Positions 38,023 to 48,276 of a stretch of DNA of 64,000 nt are shown here, piece after piece. The stretch is from contig NW_024704742.1 of NCBI RefSeq assembly GCF_018977255.1, forward strand, positions 35,218,001-35,282,000, written 5' to 3'. The stretch's first letter is position 1. Each line of letters opens with the position of its first letter. Under the pieces are notes generated by a model that saw only the letters and a program-made list of their open reading frames with translations, searched no databases and was not told the origin of the DNA. Made by a program: the position numbers and the translations under genes. This stretch comes from Callorhinchus milii. Lineage: Eukaryota.

Positions 38023-41000
38023 CTTTAGCTTGCTACCTCTTTCTCCTACCTTCAAAAAAAATCTTGAAAGCATAACCCTTAAACCTGTGTTTTGGATCAA
38101 AATCTTTTAAATCTCTTATTTCCCTGCCCGGTGTTTGCCACTATATTTGTCATGCGCTTTGAGACTACTATGCACAGCAGCAAGAAAACAATGAAGCATC
38201 CATTCAGCTCTAAGAAATTCAGGGAAGATGCTGCCAGATGCTATGAATGACTTACTCTATGCCCATTAATATTAGTAATGATGCAGCGACCATTGTATTT
38301 CGGGATTTGATTCAGCTGTATTCATTTAGACTGATAGCAGGATGTGGCTGGATGTTATTTTGACAGATGAATGCTAAAAGTAGACCAGTTCTTTAGATAT
38401 GTCCTTGGTATAGGACACTGTTTGCAGCCACTATTTCCCACACCTGATCACTGATACGCGGCGTCAGTTACTTCAGATCTGCTGAAAAAGAAAGGCTTTC
38501 AAATAAGGAAGCAGCTGAGTTTAAGCCTCTTTTGTAATTATTTCACTGATGCATCTGCTGTAGGTGTCCAGTGTCTTCCTTCTAGTGTTTGGTGACATTG
38601 TTCACATCTGGTAACCAGTGGAAGCAATCTAAGCTACGTACATCTGATCATCGAACTGATTGAAGATCTAAACTGTGAAGAACACATTAAAAAAAGTTTT
38701 TAATTGCTGTTTTGGTAAAATTAAAATTATTATTATTACGAGTTCTTTTGGAACACTTTAGTGATTTTTAAGAACAACAGGGGAGCGAACCTCGTGGAAT
38801 TTATATCTGACATATTTCTACTGCTGTAGGTATGAAATGCACTTCTCCTCAAACTCTCTGTTCTATGTTTCTAGTGTTATTTGTGCTGGCTCAGCTACTA
38901 GTGGTACTGTACGTTTGGTGGCAAATCACTGTAATTGTTTGCTCTCCACATGCTCTAAGGTTTGTAAGGACAAGCGGGGCCTAAAGCAGAGTATTTGTAA
39001 GTGGGAGTCACAATGCCAAGCGAATATACACTCAGGCACAGCATTCACAAATAAAGATATATTCCTGATCCAATACTGAATCATTGGTTTGGTACTGAAG
39101 CAGGAGGAAATGAAAAGGGACTATAAATAGACTAAAATGATAGTGGAGAGGGAGTTATAGGAGCTGTGACCTTTCCGTGTTCTTAACCTCTAAAGTTCTG
39201 CTTGTTACAACCTGCCACGATTATGAGCTCAAGTCTCAGTGTTGGCCAGCAAATAGTATGTGCCAGCTTTCTGAGTTAGATTAGCAAAAATCCATATTGA
39301 ACACCTCCTACTGCAGCTACCCACTTGACTGCAAAAAAAATCTTACTCATCACTTCTGTTGTGAGGGGAGGATGGAAGATAAACTTTTCTGAGCAGGAAA
39401 TAATCATGTTTACATTTGGAATAGCGCCTATCACATTGGGAGGATATCTCACAGTGATATCTCATAGGATATGCTGTAAATTCAGTGACTTTTAGGGGCT
39501 AAGACTCTGGCACACACTCAGTTTTTTAAGATGTTTTTATTCCCTTTTTGTTGGTTAAATACTACCTCTTTTCAAATATAAAGATACACTGGAGAGGAAA
39601 AGAATACTAGCAATTTTTAAAAAATTATAAAAATCAGTGTCTGAGTTTGCAAACCTTTCATGTTTCACAAAGCACTCATCTGTGCAAGTGATATTTGATC
39701 TTGATAAAATAAAATATTCATTACTGCATATTAATATGGACACCAAGGGTAATAAGATTAAGAAAGATTTATTATGTTTAAATTACTATGTTTAAGTGAA
39801 CTTTATAATGATCATAGTTTTAAATGTGCAGTTATGAAGGTTTATAACCTGTTTTTCTAGCCACTGAACACTAGATGGTGGTATGTCAATTATTAATCTG
39901 AATTCCCTTTCAATCTTTCATATCGTTACATTTGTGTCCTTTATAATCTTTTTCCCTTTCCCTTGTCAGCATCTCCTCCCATCCACCAAAAATACATGCA
40001 GCCTCCTCATACATTTAAAAGAGAATTTCGCAGGTAAGTGATTAATTTAAAGTCACTTCACTTGGAAGGTGAAACTGCATCTCAATCACTGGTACATTTT
40101 ATTTTAATATTTCACAATTTCTCAGCCACAATTCCTCACCCTCAACATATTGCTTGCCCTCAGCACTGTTCTCACAGCAGCTGTCCTGAATTGGAGGTGT
40201 CCTAAGTGCTATAAATGCCACAATTCCTATTCTCCCACTAAAAGCAGAACAAAATGAAACTCATTTTATATTTTTCTTCTTTTTCTTCAGTCTTTGTCTC
40301 CCCTGTACCAATCTCCGCCTCTGAAGAGTAAAGGGTCCTGTTCCCATGCTTTCTGCCATGCTATACTGATATTAACCTCTAAGTGTAAAAGACGTGTTTT
40401 GGGAATGAATACCTTGAAATTGCCTTTTGCCCAGTTGAGAAACACTGGGGGCACAAATTCCAATTAGCTCAAGATGTAAGACTTTTTTCGTATCGTTTCA
40501 CAACGTGCAAATTTTGGAAAAATCTTAAATTGAGTCTTAACTTTGAAGCTGTTTTTCTCTAGGTGCTTTCAAATTCAAAAAATGTAAGGAATTGTTTAAA
40601 AAACTAAAAACACAATTTGTGGCTTCTACTCTTGCACACAGCTAAAAAAAAAACAAGAATGGACTTTATACAGTGAGTTACCTAGTGAAGCAGAGGAACA
40701 TGGTTGTAAATCCATATTTAGAGTTTTAACTCAGGGGTGGAATTGCAACCATGTTCATGACTGTATAAATTCAGCTTCTTGGGTTTCCTTTCTTACTGGC
40801 AAACAGCCAGTAGCTGACCAGAAAAAGCGACTGAGTGGAAATAGGAGTCATGGAGCAGCGTGGTGAGTCAACTATCTTTATTAGCAAGGGAGATGCTAAT
40901 TAAGGAACAGGAACACATTTACCATAATATTAATACGAGGAATGCATTCAAGAATTAAAGGCTAATGCAGTTTTTGTCGGAAAGTTAACACAAAGCATCT

Positions 41001-41329
41001 TGATTGTTCAAATGATCACATCAGCCTCTGGACTGAGTGCAGCTCAGTTACATTTACAAGCTGTGGTAGGAAGCCTGCAGCATCCACTTGACATGAATTA
41101 AGGCCTAGAACTGAGTTTTGACTGCAGTTAAGTGGGAACACGCAGATACACTTTCGTCATTTGCGCCAAAATAGCACAAGCCATTTTTTTCAAATTTTGA
41201 TAGGCCTAGGTGGTGAAATTCCAGTTCTTACGAGGTTTCAAAGTCTAGCCTGACCCTGCAGTATAATTTTGGGGGTGCACTGTATTATTGGAGGTGCCAT
41301 CCTTCAAATGAGTCATTAAATCAAGGCCC

Positions 41330-43088
41330 ACAGCCACCCCCACATCACCTCGTCCTCATGACCCATTCCGCACCCATCCCCCCCATACTCCTTCGACCCT
41401 ATCTCTCCCTCCTCCCTCACCACGACTGTCCGCAAACTCAAACCCACCACCTGCTCCCTTGATCCCATCCCCACCTCTCTCCTTGTCTCCCAGCTACATC
41501 TTCTGGCTCCCCCTCCTGTCCGATTTCATCAACCTCTCCCTGTCCACCGGTTCAGTTCCCACCCCTCTAAAAACAGCTGTCATCACCCCCATCCTGAAAA
41601 AACTTTCCCTGGATCCTTCCCTCCTCTCCAGCTACCGTCCCATCTCTAACCTCACATTCCTCTCCAAGTTCTGGGAACGAGTCGTCGCGTCCCAGCTCCG
41701 TTCCTTTCTCTCTCGCCATTCCCTCTTTGAACCCCTCCAATCCAGCTTCCGCGCTGCCCACAGCACGGAAACAGCCCTGGTCAAAGTCACTAATCACATT
41801 CTGAACATCTGTGATCAGAGCTCCCTCTGCCTCCTTGTTCTCCTCGATTTCTCTACCGCCTTTGACACTGTCATCCACTCCATCCTCATACACCGCTTCT
41901 CCGCTTTACTTAACCTTCACAGACCTGCCCTTGCCTGGTTTGATTCCTATCTCTCTCACCGTCTCCACTTCATTGCTTCTAATGGTTTCTCCTCCAGCCC
42001 CCGCACTGTCACATCTGGTGTCCCCCAGGGCTCTGTCCTTGGCCCTCTCCTCTTTAATATCTATATGCTCCCCCTTGGTGACATCATCCACAGACATGGG
42101 GTCAACTTCCACATGTATGCGGATGACACCCAACTCTATCTTTCTGCCCTCCACCCTCAACTCCAGGACCACTGCTGTCCTGACAGACTGTCTGTCGGAC
42201 ATCAAGTCCTGAATGAGGGCAAATTTCCTACAGTTGAATGTGAACAAGACTGAGGCCCTCCTGATTGGCTCACGCCAGCGCCTCAGCACCTCAGGCTCTG
42301 GCAACATTAACCTCCATGGTTGCACACTACAACTCACCATATGCAGTCAGGAACCTGGGTGTCTTGTTCGACTCTCAACTGTCTTTTCTTCCCCACAATC
42401 AAGCCATGACTCGCTCTGCATTCCCTCACCTCTGTAACATCGCCCGACTCCGCCACTATCTCACCCCTCAGGCCACTGAAACTCTTGTTCATGCCTTCAT
42501 CACCTCCAGGCTCGACTATGCAAACGCCCTGCTTGTCAGCCTTCCCAATTCCTCCCTTCACAGGCTGCAGGTAATCCAAAACTCTGCAGCCCGTGTCCTC
42601 TCCTGCACCAAACTCCGTAACCCCATCTCCTCCATTCTCACCCGACTCCACTGGCTCACTATCCTTCAGAGGATCCAGTTCAAGATCCTGATCCTCACCC
42701 ACAAAGCCCTCCATGGCCTCGCCCCACCCTACCTCGGCGACCTCCTAACCCCCTACCAACCCACCCGTTCTCTCCGCTCAGCCGGTTCTGGCCTGCTCCA
42801 CATCCCCCAACCCAACCGCCCCACCATTGGCGGGAGAGCCTTCAGCCACTCTGCCCCAACCTCTGGAACTCCATTCCCCAGTCACTCCGCTTCGTCCCCT
42901 CCTTAGCCTCCTTCAAGTCCCGCCTCAAGACCCTCCTCTTCGACCATACCATTGGCCACGCCCCTTCCCCTTCCCTCCCTTCTCCCCCCAACCCAGCTCG
43001 GGTCTGAAATGCTGTCCTCTGTCCAGCGCCTTGGGATGTCCTCCTGACGTGAAAGGCGCTATACAAATGTAATCTTGTTGTTGTTGTT
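41330..43088 (+). mobile_element. L2-clade LINE, 5'-truncated, with frameshifted reverse transcriptase and an intact 3' end
   Basis: YRPISNLTFLSK, QSSFRAAHSTETAL, LLDFSTAFDTV, GVPQGSVLGPLLF, YADDTQLY, NFLQLNVNKTE, LVHAFITSRLDYANALL, LHWL..RIQFKIL, GGRAFS motifs; frameshifts near 42150 and 42340; (TTG)n tail. Confidence 0.95.
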
Positions 43089-44280
43089 CTGTCTGCCAAA
43101 CAGTCTTAATTAGCACATCCATCTCATCACAAAGTGTTTGATCTGTTTCATTTTGATCTAATTCCATTTTGAAGACAACTTTTATTGTTATTTTTTCTCA
43201 GTCTTTCCTTCTTCAACATTTACTTGCTTCTATTGCATAAGGTCTTGGTGCATGATCTGTTGGTGTTTCTTCACATCCAAATCCATTGGTAGGTCTCATT
43301 CTTTACCTAGATGTTGCAACACACAGCTCATGAAGAAAAGGTTGTTTGCATTTATGTCAGTATCTCTGCTAAATAATCCAGAAACAAACTCTTCTTTCAA
43401 CATCCCCAAATAGTCCTCTATTGCCACTTGCTCGAGTCATGTTAATTCTTCAGTGAGCATCCCACATTACCTGCATATCGAAAACAATGAAGCAAAAACC
43501 TTCAATTAAGGCACATTCTAGTGTTTCCTTTTAGATATCCGACTGATATATGTACAAGGTTCCAGTTCCCTAAAGTCTGGCAAAATCAGCTAAAGTGTGA
43601 AAATGCTGCTGTCTTTGCTCTGCGCTGCATCTCTTGAGGAATGAATACAGTGGGAAGGAAGTCTTTACAAACAAGATATTGGTAACTTGTTTAAAAGATT
43701 TATGAGCTGCAAATTGACTTATGTCACCCAGGTCGCCTGTAGATCCTTGCAATAAGCTCGACACATACAAATTAAGAGCCACAGTCAGTTTAACATCCAG
43801 CAGTGAGGCAGTGGAATCTATTGATTGCATCTGGATATCATTATTTATTAGATTGCACACTCCCTCTATTGCATCCATGGGCAGTGCTCCTCTGACAAGT
43901 CCCTGAAGCTGTTTCTCCAGCAGAAGACTCCCTACATCAGGTAGTATCTGTCACCAGCTTCAAGCCTTCTGTGCAACCTTCTGTGGTGTGCCTGTCACTC
44001 TTCAACCTCCTTTAAGCAAATAACTCTCGCGTGTGCAACAGCACCAGTTACAGTGTGAAGATAATGAAGGGTTAAATCGATAGGAGCCAAAAGAGAGGTT
44101 TTACAAATGCAAACCGAAAACTGAAAAACAAGCAAAATCAAAAGGTAATCAGGTTGACAAAGCAATTATCTTAATAGTAAATACAGAAACTGACATCAAA
44201 TCTACTTTCTATCACTATGACAGTCATACACTCATGTCAGAGGTCCCAAATTTCATCTAATCTTAGCCTGTGAGACCATT

Positions 44281-44430
44281 TGTCTTAGAATTTAAATAAC
44301 ACAGAATTGTGAAAATTCTTTAATTCAGTCTTAATTCAGTAGCTGGTTTTCCCACAGTTCTTAAAACTAACCTGCTTCTAAATTGAGGCTGAATTAAATC
44401 ATTTTCCATAATTTTGAGTGTTCTTAAGAC
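44281..44430. mobile_element. Short foldback/MITE-like element
   Basis: Left acagaattgtgaaaattctttaattcagtcttaatt versus right reverse complement tcaaaattatggaaaatgatttaattcagcctcaatt; gtctta..taagac ends. Confidence 0.65.
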
Positions 44431-44599
44431 TACAAAATATACAGTTGCTACATTTTGCATTTAATCTTGTGAAGTGCTTTAAGGCATCCTCTCAATGTGA
44501 AAGGTGCTTTATCAAATGCAAGGATTATTATTATTAGCATAATTCACAAGCATGTATAAGTGTCCCTCAAGTGCATTCCAAAGCAACAATTTATGTGTT

Positions 44600-45075
44600 A
44601 CAACAATAAGTTGCATTTATTATAGAGCCCTTCACACGGTGCAGCATCTCGGAGCGCTTAACAGTGGCGGAGGTTGACGCCAAGCCAAGGGGAGGGAGGA
44701 GGTGACCGTAAGCACGATCGAAGAGGAAGGTCTTTAGTTGTAATCTAAAAGAGGGGAAGGAGGGAGCAAGGTTGAGGGATTGAGGGAGAGAGTTCCAAAA
44801 CTTCAGTTATAGTGGCTGTCGATGGTGGAGCGGAGGGGATGCGGGATGAGCAGGAGGCTGGAGCCAGACAAGTGGATGCAGAGGGTAGTGGAGTGGGGAG
44901 AAAGCAGGACGGTACATGCAAGTTGTTGTTGTAGTGTGGGTAAGAATGCAGGTAGTGGAGTTCTGAATCAGTTGTAGTTTATGGATAGTGGAACTGGGGA
45001 GACCAGCGAGGAGGGCATTGGAGTAGTCAAGGCAGGAGGTGACAAAGGTGTGGACAGGGGATTCGGCTGCACTGC
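44600..45075 (-). mobile_element. L2 LINE 3' fragment
   Basis: ORF 44807..45106 contains [34 protein letters not shown]2-type tail near 44605-44660. Confidence 0.85.
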
Positions 45076-45484
45076 GCATAATGTTTTTCTGGACAATGAG
45101 TGTCAATCAATTGTTCAACTGTGGCAGCCGTTGCAGCCAAGATCAATCTTGTCCTCAGCTGATTTCCAACACGTTTCCAGCAGAGAACAGTGGATAGCAA
45201 TCTGAGTGCAAACCCTGGCCAATTTGTTTTCCTGAGAATTAGGCCAATTTTAGCTGCCCCCACTGTTGCCAACCTGCCTGAGGTCAGCCAACTTGGTGGA
45301 AACAGAGGGAAGCCATAAATGGGAATTTTTCAGTCTCTAAAGAGATTATAAACATGGTACACCAGGGGTCTATCTGGGGATGTTGTTAATTTTAATATAT
45401 ATAAGGCTTGTAGAAAGGTATGTGAACGAAACCTGGTACATTGCTGATGAGAAAAATAGAAGGCAGAAGAAACAAAGAAGCGCA

Positions 45485-45635
45485 ATGCTCCTCTGGAATT
45501 CCCTACCCAACACTACATCGCCACGAGGGCTGCAATGGTTTAAAGCAAAACCACACCACCACCTTCTCAGAGCTACCAGGGATGGCAATAGATACTGGCC
45601 CATCATGCATTGCCTGCATTCTGAGATGAGTATAT
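45485..45635 (+). mobile_element. Non-LTR retrotransposon 3' fragment
   Basis: LWNSLPNTTSPRGLQWFKAKPHHHLLR resembles the WNSLP..FK ORF2 C-terminus of CR1/L2-group LINEs. Confidence 0.55.
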
Positions 45636-45878
45636 TATAAGAAATGTTTCTGTTATTAATTACATCAATGACCAGAGAATCACCCCCGGACCATCAGGTA
45701 ACTGGGCCGCCAAGAGGTGGCAAATGCCTTTCAATGTGGTTAAGTGTCAAGAGAGCTGAATAGAACAATGTGACCAGAATGCTGATCAGGAAGAAGACGT
45801 AGCTTGCATTTATCTTGTTAACTTATATTAGCTGATGTTGCAGTTGGATTCCACAATTGGCCTCACTACCCTGGGTTT

Positions 45879-46198
45879 GGAGTCCTGTAGCTCAGTGGTT
45901 AGAGCACTCGCTTTGCAAGTGAGAGACCTGAGTTCAATTCCAGGCAGGGCGAAACCTTGGGCAAGTTTCCTTACTCCACACACCTAATAATAATCCCTCC
46001 AAAACCAAAAACAATAATAAATTGGTCATTTTCAATCTACGACTGTTTGTGGGACATTGCTGTGCGCAATTGGCTGCCGCGTTCGCCCACAAATATACAG
46101 TCAGTTCACTTTACAGTGTGTTCTGTGAAGCGCTTTGGGACGTCCTCCCGACGTGAAAAGCGCTATATCAAATGCAAGGATTATTATTATTATTATTA
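45879..46198 (+). mobile_element. Young tRNA-headed SINE, full length
   Basis: Close to consensus: GGAGTCCTGTAGCTCAGTGGTTAGAGCACTCGCTTTGCAAG...AAATGCAAGG(ATT)n. Confidence 0.95.
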
Positions 46199-46640
46199 GG
46201 GAGGTGAAAATCGGGCAAGATTCTGGTGATTGATACCAGGTGATCCCTTGTGTATGTATGGTCAAGATGTGGCATGGGCTGTGATTCTCCCCATGGCCTA
46301 CCAGCATTCACTATCAAAGCTCACACCTGCCAATTAGCCACTTGGTCAAGGTATCACAGGGTGAACATCATCTGTGGAACCCATACTTTAATACATGGAA
46401 GTAAAAGTCAAATGTTTTTAGAAAAGAGGGGGAGGGAAACAATTGGTGGAGAAAAATACAGAAGGAAAAACAAAACAAGTAACAAACAGCAGACCTTAAT
46501 GGTCCATGTATCCCCAAAATAAATGTTTAATTAAAACGTGTGTGTGCCACGATTTGCTCTTGATTCTTTTATCCTTCGGTTTTGAAGAATGAGATCAAAA
46601 GTGTTGAAGGACCTTCTTCATTTGAACGTCTGGAACTTGT

Positions 46641-46963
46641 GGAGTCCTGTAGCTCAGTGGTTAGAGCACTCGCTTTGCAAGTGAGAGATCTGAGTTCAAT
46701 TCCCGGCAGGGCGAAACCTTGGGCAAGTTTCCTTACTCCACACGCCTAATAATAATCCCTCCAAAAACCAAAAACAATAATAAAAAATTGGTCATTTTCA
46801 ATCTACGACTGTTTGTGGGACATTGCTGTGCGCAATTGGCTGCCACGTTCGCCCACAAATATACAGTCAATTCACTTTACAGTGTGTTCTGTGAAGCGCT
46901 TTGGGACGTCCTCCCGACGTGAAAAGCGCTAAATCAAATGCAAGGATTATTATTATTATTATT
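46641..46963 (+). mobile_element. Young tRNA-headed SINE, full length, TSD ttgt
   Basis: Nearly identical to 45879-46198; ttgt on both flanks. Confidence 0.95.
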
Positions 46964-48276
46964 GTGATCTGGCAAACTCTAATGTCCATCTTATTTTTCA
47001 TTTAAACATGGTAAAATATCATCGGATGAGCTGTAGCCGAAAAAATATACTCTGCCAGTAAAACACCTTTGATCAGGAATTTGGTACTGCAGAAATGTTA
47101 TTGGACCAAATCCATGAATGGATCAGCCTTGCTGTTAAACACAACTTGCATTCGACTTGATTTTAAGTGCTGTAACAAAGACCCAAGGTGCTATATAAAT
47201 TTACATACATTTTGTAAAAAAAAAGTCAAAGAGAAATGCAAATTCCGATTTAATGGTCAGCATTACCATAGTCCATTTTTATTCCACTTTTTCTCTCTCT
47301 GCTGCTCTTTCCAGCTTTATGTTAACATCAAACTGTCAGAGTATTGCATGCCAGAATGACAAGATGGCTATATAGCCCTGCAGCCAATCAGACAGCTTGG
47401 CACACACCAGAGAGCCCTGGCCAGCTGATCTCCATTTATACCTCCTTCATCTGCTCCTCAAAAAACTTTTGGATTCACGTGAATTTCTCTTAGTTTTATG
47501 GTCCATTGCACCAGGCCCAATATGGCCTGTAGTAAATCAGAGCTGATAAAACTAGATCAGCGTAATAGTATTACACCACATGAGTGGTGATAAGTCAATT
47601 ACTGACAGGCTGCTTCAATAGTAATGCATTGCAAAGGGGGGTGGATAATTTTAACCCACTGAAGGTGCAAACCAAGATGTTAATGGAAATGAAGACTGAT
47701 ATTAACCATTTCTTTAGCTTTTTGTATAGAAGGTTGATCATAAACATAATACCCATTGACTCAAACATCTTTTCTATGCAACAAGGGTTACACTTACACA
47801 TCCATTACTGATGTTTTGATTGTAAATGGGAATAAATTTGAATGCCTATACATTCAATGGAATAGAACACCTTCACCCTGGGTAAATACTTCAGATAAGT
47901 TTGGTTCTATACATTATCCATACAGATTAATGCATGATTTCATGGCTATCAGGAATTTAGAAAATAAAAACATGCTGAGACTTTTGACAAGAAGTCAATG
48001 TAGGAAGCATTTTTGCCGGGTAATGTAAATCTTCTCTCTGCTGGGAGAAACTTACAACCCTGCGCCACACATATAAACATACAATGTTCCATCTTTTTCT
48101 AAATGTTGTAAATCAACCATGGACTGTTTTATATCTCCTATTGTGAAATACTAAATTTATATAGCTTTTTTTCAAATACTAAGCCATGCGCTTATAAGGG
48201 TTGTGATTGTGACTGATTTGTGAAGAGAGAAAGCTGTAAGAATAGATATCTGAGGGTTCATTCTCATGAAGTGTAC

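Noticed and set aside
41459..42906. Functional or domesticated reverse transcriptase gene
   Set aside because: It is 5'-truncated with frameshifts and an in-frame stop, and ends in an ordinary L2 tail.
45879..45955. tRNA-Ala(TGC) genes at the SINE heads
   Set aside because: They lack a proper acceptor stem and run straight into a multi-copy SINE body with tail and TSD.
45957..46199. Recurring small ORFs (MGKFPYST.., ..KCKDYYYY) suggesting a peptide family
   Set aside because: They are translations of SINE copies, with frames that differ between copies.
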